This document shows, one piece after another, positions 1 through 14,774 of a DNA stretch of 64,000 bases. How positions within the stretch are numbered: the first letter of the stretch is position 1; every line of letters begins with the position of its first letter. The notes beneath the pieces were generated by a model. That model worked only from the letters and a program-made list of their open reading frames with translations. It ran no database searches and had not been told where the DNA came from. A program made the translations under genes and the position numbers. Origin of the DNA: Eledone cirrhosa (lineage: Eukaryota); NCBI GenBank assembly GCA_964016885.1, contig OZ024751.1, positions 42,408,001 through 42,472,000 on the forward strand, in the 5' to 3' direction.

Positions 1-525
1 CCACCACCATCATCACCACCACCACCACTACCACTACCACCACCACCACCATCATCACCACCATCATCACCACCACCACCACTACCACCACCACCATCAT
101 CACCACCATCATCACCACCACTACCACTACCACCACCACCATCATCACCACCATCACCACCACCACTACCACTACCACCACCCTCATCACCACCATCATC
201 ACCATCACTAGCACCACTACCATCACCACCACCACCATCATCACCATCACTAGCACCATCACCACCACTACCACTACCACCACCACCATCATCACCACCA
301 TCACCACTACCATCACCACCACCACCATCATCCCCATCACCAACGCCATGACCATTACCATCAGCATCACTACCACCATCATCACCACCATCACCATCAT
401 CACCATCACTACCATCACCATCACCATGACCATTGCCATCACCACCACCACCACTATCACCACCATCACTGCCATGACTACCACCATCACCACCACCACC
501 ACCACCACTACTACTACTACTATCA
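1..525. repeat. (CAC/CAT/TAC)n low-complexity trinucleotide tract
   Basis: Continuous ccaccaccatcatcacc-type repeats. Confidence 0.95.
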
Positions 526-747
526 CTAAATTCTATATAACCTCATATGTAAGTTCAATATGCTTCCAATTTCACCATGATTGATTGTATAGGAACAATA
601 TTTACCAATAAGATCATAGCAAAGAGTTTATTTGCAAAGAAATGGAATAAACAAAAACCCCAAAATAAAAAATCTGTTTTTTTAAAATCAATTTAATATT
701 AACATTGAGTATTAATAAAAAAAAAAAAAAGCGATAGGTAGAGGGAT

Positions 748-778
<31 letters not shown>

Positions 779-1189
779 GAGAGAGAGAGGAGATAAGATA
801 TTTAGATAGAGAGAAATAAATATATATGTATATATAGAGAGAGAGTGAGTGAGTGAGAGGGAGAGAGAGATACTAAAAAATGTCCAAACATTAATTTCTT
901 TGCGAATTATTTCCTTTTTTTCTTTCTTTGAATAATATTTATAGATTTTATTTTCGCCAGGATTTAGTAACAGAAATGTTTACCTTTTATTACAATATAT
1001 TACCTTTTATTACAATATATTACCTTTTATTACAATGTGGTTTAACCTATAATATAAAACAAATACAAGAGTTTTAATAGCTGAGTAGATAAGGTGTGAA
1101 TTGGTTTTTTTCCCCTTCACAAGCCACAAGTCTATATCTTACCTAAGATTGCTATGTTGTTGTCAGACATGTAACTAGGGTATAGCAGG

Positions 1190-1501
1190 CATACCAAGCA
1201 TGGCACATACCATGGACGCCACTTGGATTAGGTACCTCTTAACCACTCAATCCACTATATCCCCTTACGTACATCCCTGCACCCCTACACCACTCTCATT
1301 TCTGCCCACACTGCCCTTATCACAAAAGCACCCAGCCTACACTGTAAAGTGGTCATGTAAGTGTCACAACAAAAAGCACCCAGCACACACTGTAAATGTG
1401 GTTGGCATTAAGAAGGGCATCGAGCCAAAGAAATCTAGCCAGAAACAGTTTTATATGATTTAACTTGTCTCTAATGGGAGGATGTTAAACGATGATGATG
1501 A
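1190..1501 (+). mobile_element. Diverged copy of RTE-tailed non-autonomous retroelement (family S3)
   Basis: cacactgtaaatgtggttggcattaagaagggcatc...ggatgttaaacgatgatg matches the younger copies at 25985 and 45020. Confidence 0.6.
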
Positions 1502-1503
1502 TA

Positions 1504-1770
1504 TCATCATTTTCATTTCATTTTACGTCCGCTTTTCCCTGCTTGCAAGGGTGGGACGGGAACTGATTCTGGCTTGATTTCTACAGCTGGATGCCCTTCC
1601 TAACACCAACCTCATTTACAGTGAGTGCTGGGTGCTTTTTTGCCGTGGCATCTCCACGACCACTTTGCAGTGGAATGATATGGGCCCCAGTCCCTATCAT
1701 CTCATTTCTACAGCTGAGTAAACTGGAGCAATGTGAAATAAAGTGTCTTGCTCAAGGAAACAACACATCA
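1504..1770 (-). mobile_element. tRNA-derived SINE (family S1), 5' truncated
   Basis: Reverse complement of the body and tail of the 2375-2715 copy; tRNA head missing. Confidence 0.85.
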
Positions 1771-1799
1771 TACATATATATTGATATATATATATATAG

Positions 1800-2124
1800 T
1801 GAAAGATTGAAGAATAACATGGTCGGCTGTACAAAAAGGTTTTATTTCTAGTACTAACAATTGTTTCATTGATCAGGTGAGTCTAAAGACCGCTAATCAC
1901 TCGAAGTTGCGTCACTCGACCTTAAATACAGCGTTTACCTCTGGTCAAATCATCGGAATACTCTATTATTACTCCAAGAATAACCTACATAGGAATTCTC
2001 GCGAACTCGCTACCTAATGATGGAAACCTCTTGTTGAGACAAACAACGCTGTACGTTAAAACTATCCACAATACGGAGTACTTACAACCTCTAACTGGAT
2101 TACCTATAACGATAACTTGTTATC

Positions 2125-2127
<3 letters not shown>
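1800..2127. mobile_element. Degenerate (TA)n-flanked PLE-type non-coding element
   Basis: Unique sequence bounded by TA tracts; minus strand reads CTGATCA-AT-GAAA-CAATTG-TT at about 1856-1876, hammerhead-like. Confidence 0.4.
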
Positions 2128-2156
<29 letters not shown>

Positions 2157-2158
<2 letters not shown>

Positions 2159-2363
2159 CGAAGGAAATGTGGTAAGGAACCAGGTGGACCATAACGCACC
2201 AAAGTACTCAATACTTAGGGTAGTAGAGTGGGTAATAGGAACGAGTAGGACCCCGACGGCTGAGCTCAAGCCGTTTCGACGGCTAATTCTGGACGGCTAA
2301 TTCTATCCAGAATTAGCCGTCGAAACGGCTTGAGCTCAGCCGTTGGGGTCCTACTCATTCCTA
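2157..2363. mobile_element. Fold-back PLE-type element, family A
   Basis: TA-flanked; inverted arms taggaacgagtaggaccccgacggctgagctcaagccgtttcgacgg / ccgtcgaaacggcttgagctcagccgttggggtcctactcattccta plus an unpaired tail. Confidence 0.85.
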
Positions 2364-2374
2364 TATATATATAT

Positions 2375-2715
2375 GGAGGCACATGGCTTAGTGGTTAGAG
2401 CATTAGCCTTGCAATCGAAAGGTTGTGAGTTCAATTCTCAGACCAGGTGATGTGTTGTTTCCTTGAGCAAGACACTTTATTTCACATTGCTCCAGTTCAC
2501 TCAGCTGTAGAAATGAGATGATAGGGACTGGGGTCCCTATGATTCCACTGCAAAGTGGTCGTGGAGGTGCCACGGCAAAAAAGCACCCAGCACTCACTGT
2601 AAATGAGGTTGGTGTTAGGAAGGGCATCCAGCTGTAGAAATCAAGCCAGAATCAGTTCCCATCCCACCCTTGCAAGCAGGGAAACAGTGGACGTAAAATG
2701 AAATGATGATGATGA
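2375..2715 (+). mobile_element. Full-length tRNA-derived SINE (family S1)
   Basis: A box tggcttagtgg, B box gagttcaattc, central ccttgagcaagacactt, 3' tail ggacgtaaaa(tga)n; five further copies in the window. Confidence 0.92.
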
Positions 2716-3079
2716 TTGATATATATACACGTATATATATATATATATATATATATATTGATGTATAATATGGACATGCACACACACATATATGGACACA
2801 CGCACATATATATATATATAAAATAAAAAATATTAATCAGATTATCAGACGGGAAACTTATCACGCAACGATCTTGCAAAACATATTTCTGATATCAAAA
2901 TTTGTTTTTCATATTTGATAAAGTTCAGCAGGTAAAATAACTTAACATTTACTGTAGAGGTTCTTGTGAGAGTGTGTGGGTGGGTGGGTGGGGGGTAAGT
3001 GTGTGTGTGTGTGGGGGGGGGGGGTAAGTGTGTGTTCTGTGAGTGAGTGTTTATGCCTGTTTGTGTATGGGGGGGGGGG

Positions 3080-4325
3080 GGGTTTCTATGTATGTATGTG
3101 CATGTATGTGTATGTATGTGCATGCATACACATGTATATACATGTATATGTGTGTGTGTATCTATATCTGTGTGTGCATGTATGTCCATGTATGTGCATG
3201 TGTACCATGTGTATATGTGTTTGTGCATGTGTGTGCCCATATGTCTATGTGCGGATGTGTGTGTGTGTGTGTGTCCATATGTCCATATGTCCATATATGT
3301 GTGTGAATGTCCATGTGTGCATGTGTGTGTGTCGCCATATGTACGTGTATATGTATGTATGTCCTTGTATGTCTGTGTGATGCCATATGTATGTGTATAT
3401 GTATGTATGTCCTTGTATGTATGCGTGTGTCCATATATGTGTGTGTGCATGTCCATATGTCCATGTGTGCATATGTGTGTGTCGCCATATGTACATGTAT
3501 GTGTATGTATGTCCATGTATGTCTGTGTGTCCCCATATGTACATGTATGTGTCTGTGTGTGCCCATATGTACATGTATGTGTATGTATGTGTATGTATGT
3601 CCATGTATGTGTGTGTGTCGCCATATGTACATGTATGTGTCTGTGTGTCCCCATATGTACATGTATGTGTATGTATGTGTATGTATGTGTATGTATGTCT
3701 GTGTGTCCCCATATGTACATGTATGTGTATGTATGTCCATGTATGTCTGTGTGTCCCCATATGTACATGTATGTGTATGTATGTACATGTATGTGTATGT
3801 ATGTCTATGTATGTCTGTGTGTCCCCATATGTACATGTATGTGTGTGTATGTACATGTATGTGTGTGTGTCCCCATATGTACATGTATGTGTATGTATGA
3901 ACATGTATGTGTGTGTGTCCCCATATGTACATGTATGTGTATGTATGTCTGTGTGTCCCCATATGTACATGTATGTGTATGTATGTGTATGTGTATGTAT
4001 GTACATGTGTGTCCCCATATGTACATGTATGTGTGTGTCCTCATATGTGTATGTATGTGTATGTATGTACATGTATGTCTGTGTGTCCCCATATGTACAT
4101 GTATGTGTATGTATGTGTATGTATGTACATGTGTGTCCCCATATGTACATGTATGTGTGTGTCCCCATATGTGTATGTATGTGTATGTATGTACATGTAT
4201 GTCTGTGTGTCCCCATATGTACATGTATGTGTATGTATGTGTATGTATGTCTGTGTGTCCCCATATGTACATGTATGTGTATGTATGTGTATGTATGTGT
4301 GTGTGTCCCCATATGTACGTGTATG
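3080..4325. repeat. TG/TATG minisatellite with recurring gtccccatatgtacat unit
   Basis: Direct reading; source of many spurious ORFs. Confidence 0.95.
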
Positions 4326-4499
4326 TGAAATCCTTTGCTAGTCTTTGATGTAATTCCTGAAGGGACAACTTTGTAGTTCCAGGAAACTGGAAATGTTTGA
4401 ATATCCAAAGATGAGAAATATCAGTGGAAACTTTTCTTGAAACAAACTCCATTGATGTCTTCTGTCTTGTTACTGGCTTCAATTGATTCATCTGTTGCT

Positions 4500-5460
4500 G
4501 TGTTGTAGTGTCATGTGTTGTGTAGTGTGTAGTGTGTTGTAGTGTCATGTGTTGTGTAGTGTGTAGTGTGTTGTAGTGTCATGTGTTGTGTGGTGTGTTG
4601 TAGTGTGGTGTGGTGTGTAGTGTGTAGTGTGGTGTGTTGTAGTGTAGTGTGGTGTGTAGTGTGTAGTGTGTTGTAGTGTTGTGTTGTGTAGTGTAGTGTA
4701 GTGTAGTGTGTTGTAGTGTCATGTGTTGTGTAGTGTGTTGTAGTGTGTTGTAGTGTAGTGTAGTGTGTTGTAGTGTGGTGTGTAGTGTGTTGTAGTGTCA
4801 TGTGTTGTGTAGTGTAGTGTGTTGTAGTGTGGTGTGTAGTGTGTTGTAGTGTGGTGTGTAGTGTAGTGTAGTGTAGTGTGTTGTAGTGTGGTGTGTAGTG
4901 TGTTGTAGTGTCGTGTTGTGTAGTGTAGTGTGTTGTAGTGTGTTGTAGTGTCGTGTTGTGTAGTGTGGTGTGTTGTAGTGTGGTGTGTAGTGTGTTGTAG
5001 TGTCATGTGTTGTGTAGTGTAGTGTGTTGTAGTGTGTTGTAGTGTCGTGTTGTGTAGTGTAGTGTGTTGTAGTGTGGTGTGTAGTGTAGTGTGTTGTAGT
5101 GTGTGTTGTGGTGTGTTGTGTAGTGTAGTGTTGTGGTGTGTAGTAATGTTGTGTGTTGTGGTCTGTTGTAGTGTGGTGGTGTGGTGTGTTGTGTGCTGTG
5201 TAGTGTGGTGTTGTAGTGTCATGTGTTGTGTGCTGTGTAGTGTGTTGTAGTGTGTGTTGTGGTGTGCTGTGTAGTATGTTGTGTGTTGTGGTGTGTTGTA
5301 GTTTGTTGTGGTGTATTGTGTCATGTGTAATGTGGTGTGTTGTGATGTATAGTTTGGTGTTGTGGTGTGGTGTGGTGTATTGTGGTGTATAGTGTGTAGT
5401 GTGGTGTTGTGTTGGTGTGTTGTGTAGTGGTGTGGTATAGTGTGTTGTGTGATGTCTTAG
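4500..5460. repeat. (GTAGT/GTTGT/GTGGT)n low-complexity satellite
   Basis: Direct reading. Confidence 0.95.
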
Positions 5461-5844
5461 TGGTGGTGATGATGATGGTGGTGGTGGTGATTGTGATGAT
5501 GATAATGAGGACAATGATGATAATGACTGGTATCAGGTAAAGAGCTTCCAGAGGTAATGAAGGTCAGCTGATATTGCTGTCACCATGGTTAATCTTTCTC
5601 ATTATAAATTAGAACTTCGTTAAATTCTATTACAGACTTAATTAGATAAGTCATTATCTACAGACTGTTTCTCTTGAATCTCCCTGTAACTGGCAGGTTT
5701 ATATTTGGATTTGTTCACCTCTCAGGTCACCCCGAGATAAGGCTTTAGTTTCTAATTAAATCTATCAAAATTAACTGCAACTAATTTAATGTATATATTA
5801 ATTAGGGTGTTAATAAGCTGTAGGATATGATACAGTTATATCTG

Positions 5845-5898
<54 letters not shown>

Positions 5899-6020
5899 AA
5901 CTAAGGCACTAAGCAACTGGTGGATACGGTAAAGTTATATCTAATATATATATATATATACACACATATATATGTATATATACACAATATACATTCATAT
6001 ATATATATATATGTATATAT

Positions 6021-6564
6021 GTAGATAAATCTACCAAGAGTTTACGGTAGTGTCCAATCCGTATGAAGAACTCAATGTATTCCGGATATCATGGAAAGAA
6101 GAGATGTAATGAAAATCCACTTTCGGTGAAAGATAAACGGTATACAGAGTCAAGATAAAATATTAAACAAATAATGAACAAACAATTCCTTATATTAAAC
6201 AAAAAAAGTTCACTATTTAACGATCGTTTCTAGGGTATATATGTGTTATAATTGGTATGCATATTCAACAGATCTATGTACAAAATTATACAAAATTATA
6301 CAAATTATCAAGATTAAATATACATACCTAACACATATATACGCCGTCTTCAGAAATAATTATTTCTGAAGACGGCGTATATATGTGTTAGGTATGTATA
6401 TTTAATCTTGATAATTTGTATAATTTTGTATAATTTTGTACATAGATCTGTTGAATATGCATACCAATTATAACACATATATACCCTAGAAACGATCGTT
6501 AAATAGTGAACTTTTTTTGTTTAATATAAGGAATTGTTTGTTCATTATTTGTTTAATATTTTAT
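6021..6564. mobile_element. Fold-back PLE-type element, family B: about 410-bp spacerless palindrome (6155-6564, centre 6359/6360) plus 134-bp tail
   Basis: Arms are reverse complements when read base by base; TA-flanked; second copy at 24786. Confidence 0.92.
6361..6505 (+). ncRNA. Type I hammerhead ribozyme with long stem II (mirror copy 6214-6358 on minus)
   Basis: tattt-CTGAAGA-[gtatatatgtgtta...taacacatatatac]-GAAA-CGATCG-TT-aaata: stem I tattt/aaata, palindromic stem III, GUU site. Confidence 0.85.
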
Positions 6565-6624
6565 ATATGTATATATATATATTATATATATAAATACATA
6601 TATATATATATATATTATATATAT

Positions 6625-6686
<62 letters not shown>

Positions 6687-6759
6687 CATACATATATATA
6701 TATATTATATATATATATGTATATATATATATATTATATACATACATATATATATATAT

Positions 6760-6952
6760 GAAAACAACACCAAACTTCAGCACTGAGTATATAAAAAAAT
6801 CAAAATAACAGAAATCAGCTTTATTCCATCGTTATGTTTTTCTGTTCAAATTGTAGCTGTCTGATGAGGTCATAGCTGTTGCACAAAATATATATAACAG
6901 TGAATATGAATAAAAGAAGTTAATTTTAACCTGTGGACTTACACTTCTTGTT
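6760..6952. mobile_element. Degenerate TA-flanked element with hammerhead 5' half
   Basis: CTGATGA at 6861 followed by a hairpin (gctgtt...aacagt); no GAAA half; collapsed ACTC/AGTGCT motif on minus at about 6779-6790. Confidence 0.35.
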
Positions 6953-6968
6953 TATATATATGTAGATG

Positions 6969-7061
<93 letters not shown>

Positions 7062-7112
7062 AAGTGTATGTATGTATATATATATATATATATCTATATA
7101 TATATATATATA

Positions 7113-7310
7113 TAACGAAGGAAATGTGGTAAGGAACCAGATGGACCATAACGCACCAAAGTACTCAATACTTAGGGTAGTAGAGTGGGTAATAGGAACG
7201 AGTAGGACCCCGACGGCTGAGCTCAAGTGGTTTCGACGGCTAATTCTGGACTAATTAGTCCAGAATTAGCCGTCGAAACGGCTTGAGCTCAGCCGTCGGG
7301 GTCCTACTTG

Positions 7311-7313
<3 letters not shown>
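7113..7313. mobile_element. Fold-back PLE-type element, family A
   Basis: Near-identical to the 2157 copy; perfect centre ggactaa|ttagtcc. Confidence 0.88.
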
Positions 7314-7352
<39 letters not shown>

Positions 7353-8196
7353 AAAATTAACTAAGACAGCATAAATGTGTATTTAAATTTAAACATTCAG
7401 TGTGGAAAGGGGATAGACATACTCATGTCCTCTCATACAACCTCCCAACCCCTCTTCCTCACCCCCTGGCAATCCACCCATTCCAACCATCCAACCCTAC
7501 CCCCTGCACATCTCTCCACCCACTTCCACCCTCTGGATTTCCACCTTCGTCCCCTACCCCAGTCAGCTACTCTACTGCTATAAAGACTCAAATATCTTTA
7601 ACTTTAGACACAGTATTATTGCTGACATCTCAATTGTTTTCTTACTAAAGTTTCAGCTAAGTTGGTTCTGCTTCGCTGCCTCATTCTCAAACACAGCAAC
7701 ATTAACGACAGGATATAAACCTCATATTTCACATCAAATCTCTCCTATATTTATTTATTTCGTTTCTGTTCTTTTTTTTTTTTTTTTTTATACATAGATT
7801 TGAAATTCAATCCCATTTTAAATAATCCATTTTTTTGACAAAGTCATTTTTTGTTGTTGTTCTTGTGAAATAAAACTGTTTATACAAAAACAAAACACAC
7901 TGTTAAAGGGAACAACATAGAAAGAAAGAAAAGACAAGGAAATGAAAGGGAGGAAAAGAAAAAAGGGATCAAGCAATGAAAGAAAGGGAGAATAGGAGAA
8001 ACAGAGAATAGACACTACACCCCTGTCTGAGGGGTTCCTCAGCCGTGGTGGCCATGCTTCGTGGACAAAATGACAACTGCATTACTGTAGAAAATGGCCA
8101 GAGACACCCGCTGCAACAGCCATCTCCACCTCAAGGGCCTCCTGCCTCAAGTGGGCCACTGGCTTTCTGATTATTTGAGAATTACATGACTTCTGT

Positions 8197-8532
8197 CAAG
8201 GGTCAGCTGAAAAGTTCATAGGCTGACCAAGATACTCTCATGGAATGACCAAATGATGTTTATTTTTCAATATAGTCCCTGGAAAGAAACAATGCAGTTA
8301 CTAATAAGATGAGTTGAAATTAATTCATGCAATATTTCACAGCTTTAGCATCACTCCTTCATAAGCTGACCAAGATACTCTCATGGAATGACTAAATGAG
8401 ATTTATTTTTCAATATAGTCCCTGGAAAGAAACAATGCAGTTATTAATAAGATAAGTTGAAATTAAATGCATGCAATAATCCTCAGCTTTAGCACCACTC
8501 CTTCAGCCTATGAACTTTTCAACTGACCCTTA
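8197..8532. mobile_element. Tc1/mariner-type MITE with internal ~145-bp duplication
   Basis: TIR agggtcagctgaaaagttcataggctga / tcagcctatgaacttttcaactgaccct; same family at 55491 and 63019. Confidence 0.8.
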
Positions 8533-8689
8533 TATCTAGTTTTTTTCTCTTTCGTTATATAAATATTGTATGTATTGAAGTTGTAAGGGTGTCATAGTGA
8601 CATACTATATTTCTAGGGCATTTTTTAAAACCTGGTGGAGCTCATCGTCTCTCCATGTCTGAATACAGCAGATTTCTTCCAGAAAAGGA

Positions 8690-8868
8690 TAGAGAGACAC
8701 GAGAGGACGAATCAACCCCAGTATTGGACTGGTATCATTTTTATTGACCTGAAATGATAAAAGGCAAAGTTGACCTTGGTGGGATTTGAACTCAGAGAGC
8801 AGAAAGCCAGAACAAATACTACAAACCATTATATCTGACGTTCTAACACCTCTGCCAGTTTGTTGCTA
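8690..8868 (-). mobile_element. Diverged SINE (family S2-like)
   Basis: gataaaaggcaaagttgaccttggtgggatttgaactcaga is the reverse complement of the S2 B box and core. Confidence 0.65.
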
Positions 8869-9063
8869 CTATATAAATGTTAAAAGAATGTGTAATTTAT
8901 TTTGACAAGTATTTTCATCCTTAAAATAAAAATGAAAAGCCAGGAAACGGGAAAACATCTCCAAGACCCAAATATATGTAGTGTCGGCCATTTTGTTTTC
9001 TCTCTCTTTCATCAACTGGCTTTCTAGAATAACTCTTCTATATATATATATATATATATATAT

Positions 9064-9181
9064 ACGTAGGTCCCGGGTTGAGTCGGGGATAACCACAGTA
9101 AGTAAGGTACTCAATACGTGCTTCCTGAAGATTTCATCTGAATGAAACAGTACTAGTCCTGTAGAAGCTCCTTCTATAAAA

Positions 9182-9182
<1 letters not shown>
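9064..9182. mobile_element. PLE-type element family D: inverted tail joined to a forward hammerhead
   Basis: 9064-9117 is the reverse complement of the tail that lies downstream of the hammerhead in the colinear 19276-19446 copy. Confidence 0.8.
9120..9168 (+). ncRNA. Compact type I hammerhead ribozyme
   Basis: gcttc-CTGAAGA-tttcatctgaat-GAAA-cag-tactagtc-ctg-TA-gaagc: stem I 5 bp, GUA site after 9163. Confidence 0.88.
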
Positions 9183-9256
<74 letters not shown>

Positions 9257-9317
9257 TTCTATATGTATATATATATAAAGCAGATGTAAAATGATAATGA
9301 TGGTACATATATATGTA

Positions 9318-9560
9318 TCATCATCATCATCATCAACGTTTAACGTCCGTGTTCCACGCTTGCATGGGTTTGGACGGGGGTAGTCCCACTTGAGGCAAGA
9401 GTGATTGTCTTGCTCGCATAGGACTGTCTGGCAGGTTTTCTACAGTTGGATGCCCTTCCTAACACCAACCACATTTACAGTGTGGGTCTGGGAGGTTTTT
9501 ACCGTGTTGCCTACACAGCCACATTACAGCGTGGACTGTGTGTTTTTTGTCGTGACACCT
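9318..9560 (-). mobile_element. RTE-tailed non-autonomous element (family S3), 5' truncated
   Basis: Reverse complement of 26025-26268. Confidence 0.85.
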
Positions 9561-9665
9561 ATATAAAAAATATTATTTAGTTATTCTAGAATATTTCTTC
9601 CATGTACTGTGTTGTTTTTGTTATTTCTGTTATTTCTGTTTACCTTTTACACACATAAACACATA

Positions 9666-9699
<34 letters not shown>

Positions 9700-10239
9700 T
9701 ATGTATATATACATATATGATTTTTTTTATGGATGTCTGCCAAAACATTCAATGATAAAAAGTGTAAATAAACATTACAATTCCATATATTTATAACAGC
9801 AGGGTTAATTACACAGGCATAAATATAAAACTAGACACCTACTAACTAATAGTACTCCAATAGTAGAACTAGTAGCCAAAGACTAAATAATATTGTAATT
9901 AGTAAGAACTGAAAGGTTTCCAACTGTGAAGTAAAAAAAAAAATAAAGTAAGAAGTTCTAGGCGACTATCTAGGTAAATATCTGCATCATATTGGAACCT
10001 TGATGAGAGTTCTTCATATTGACAGAAGGCCATAAACGGTGTAATTGATATAACCAATCTCATTATTTGATTGGTGGGTGGTTGGTGGATTTTATTGATC
10101 TCAGAGGGGTGAAAGGTGAAGTCAAGTTTGGTGTGATTTCAACTCAAATTGTAAAGGGATGTAAGTTAAATACTAAAACAAAAACAAAAAAAGGCTAAAG
10201 TCTGTCTCAAATTCTGCTTATCTGGTGCTTATCTGTGGT

Positions 10240-10455
10240 GTTAAGTGACTGACAGTACAAGACTTTCCCCTGGAGAGGAAGCTAGTCCACCACAGTGTTT
10301 ATTTCCAGCTACTGCTAGTACTAATTTTCAGCTGAGTATACAGGAGCAACATGAAATGAAGTGTTTTTCTCACAAACACAACACACAACCCAATCAAGGG
10401 ATCAAACCCACAACTTTATGATTGGAAGTCCAACACCATTTGGCCACACACCTCA
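10240..10455 (-). mobile_element. Older tRNA-derived SINE related to S1 (also 36802-37060 +, 51925-52030 -, 52810-53080 +, 54750-54865 -, 55246-55360 +)
   Basis: cagctgagta...ggagcaacatgaaatgaagtg... shared core; tRNA-like heads in the plus-strand copies. Confidence 0.65.
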
Positions 10456-10580
10456 ACAAGTTGAATACTGCAACGTCCTGTACCACATGAGACCACATTA
10501 GCAAGACATTCTTGAAAAATACAAAACAACACTATGACTTCATCAGATAAAAAAAAAAAATATATATATATATATATATT

Positions 10581-10963
10581 GGAGGCACATGGCTTAGTGG
10601 TTAGAGTATTGGCCTTGTAATCGAAAGGTTGTGAGTTCAATTCTCAGACTGGGTGATGTGTTGATTCCTTGAGCAAGACACTTTATTTCACATTGCTCCA
10701 GTTTACTCAGCTGTAGAAATGAGATGATAGGGACTGGGGTCCCTATCATTCCATTGCAAAGTGGTCGTGGGGGTGTCATGGCAAAAAAGCACCCAGCCCA
10801 CACTGTAAAGTGGATGTGTAGGCACCACGGAAAAAAAGCACCCAGCACTCACTGTAAATGAGGTTGGTGTTAGGGCATCCAGCTGTAGAAATCAAGCCAG
10901 AATCAGTTCCCGTCCCACCCTTGCAAGCAGGGAAAAGCGGATGTAAAATGATGATGATGGTGA
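10581..10963 (+). mobile_element. SINE family S1 with small internal duplication
   Basis: Matches the 2375 copy. Confidence 0.9.
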
Positions 10964-11088
10964 TAGTCTTTACTTTAGTTTACTGCAACCTTTAACAATG
11001 ATCTGTCCAGTAATAAAGATACTCTAAACATTTAAATTGATTGAACAGTTTTTAGATATTTTCTGGTAAATCTTTACAGGATATTTAA

Positions 11089-11299
11089 CCCTTTAGCATT
11101 TACATTACTCTATATATACTAGCGTATTTTTGTGGTAAAGGCTTTATCTTACACAGTTATCTCACATGATATCAAATCTATGAGATTTTGATATTATTTA
11201 TTTTGAGACCAATACCTTAATATCAGTATGAGTGGCCAGTTACAGCTGGTTTGAACAGAAAAGGTGAGAGAATTCTGGCTGGATATGGCTGAATAAGAG
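11089..11299. mobile_element. piggyBac-like TTAA MITE
   Basis: ttaa|cccttt...aagag|ttaa; reverse orientation of 27856-28075. Confidence 0.7.
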
Positions 11300-11499
11300 T
11301 TAAAAGAAGACTGTACTTTAAAGAATTCCGTTTTTATGTTTCTGTTGTCACTTTAGACATAGAAACATCGTACATAAAAGAAAATGACAAGAATAAATGT
11401 AATATAAAATAATAATGGAAAAATATATTTGATTTATTTAATAAATGTCAGAGTACATGAAGGAAAAATCAAATAGGCATAGATATTGTTCTCCCACAC

Positions 11500-14020
<2,521 letters not shown>

Positions 14021-14264
14021 TCTTATGTAACTGTCCATTTTCTGCTATTATATATTTATATATACATTGCTAACACAACATTCTTTGTTAAACTTCTCTC
14101 TCCTCTACTCTCCCCTCTCCTCTCTCTATCCCCTCTCCTCTACTCACTCCTCTTCTCTCACTATCATTCTCTTGTCTTCTTCTCCTCTTGACCTTTGGCC
14201 TGTCTTTTGTATGTCAAAAGGACAGCCCATGTTAGTGTGGAAAATGGACGTTAAACGATGATGA

Positions 14265-14306
<42 letters not shown>

Positions 14307-14309
<3 letters not shown>

Positions 14310-14727
14310 GGAGGTGAGTTTTATTGTAGTACAATAAAGCAATGCAGATATCGGATAAGAAGCACTCTACAGTTTGTGGGACTGGAGTATGCATAATATA
14401 AGATCAAAAGATGGTTAAAGGAGTTCAATATATTTTATTATGCGCATTTCAAAAACAAACATCATCAAACAATAATATTTGTGTTTTCATCAGATAAAAC
14501 AGGAGAACATGATATGAAGGCTAAAAAAACACTTGTTGATAGTGCAGTTTGATAGTGCAACATGATATGTTGATTTAAAACTGCACTATCAACAAGTGTT
14601 TTTTTAGCCTTCATATCATGTTCTCCTGTTTTATCTGATGAAAACACAAATATTATTGTTTGATGATGTTTGTTTTTGAAATGCGCATAATAAAATATAT
14701 TGAACTCCTTTAACCATCTTTTGATCT

Positions 14728-14733
<6 letters not shown>
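14307..14733. mobile_element. Fold-back PLE-type element, family C
   Basis: About 155-bp inverted arms (14393-14550 and about 14578-14733), short asymmetric spacer, 85-bp tail, TA-flanked. Confidence 0.92.
14629..14695 (+). ncRNA. Type I hammerhead ribozyme (mirror copy 14433-14499 on minus)
   Basis: ttttat-CTGATGA-stem II-GAAA-TGCGCA-TA-ataaaa: stem I 6 bp, palindromic stem III, AUA site. Confidence 0.88.

Positions 14734-14773
<40 letters not shown>

Positions 14774-14774
<1 letters not shown>

Noticed and set aside
2375-2450. tRNA gene
   Set aside because: tRNA-like head continues into a SINE body present in many copies, with no terminator.
2845-5514. Long ORFs (up to 433 aa) rich in C/V/M/Y or H/T/Y
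   Set aside because: Translations of TG/TA/CA microsatellites, open in several frames on both strands.
14393-14733. Palindromes as DNA-transposon MITEs or miRNA precursors
   Set aside because: Asymmetric tails, variable centres, hammerheads and a layout shared with the PLE argue for a retroelement origin.
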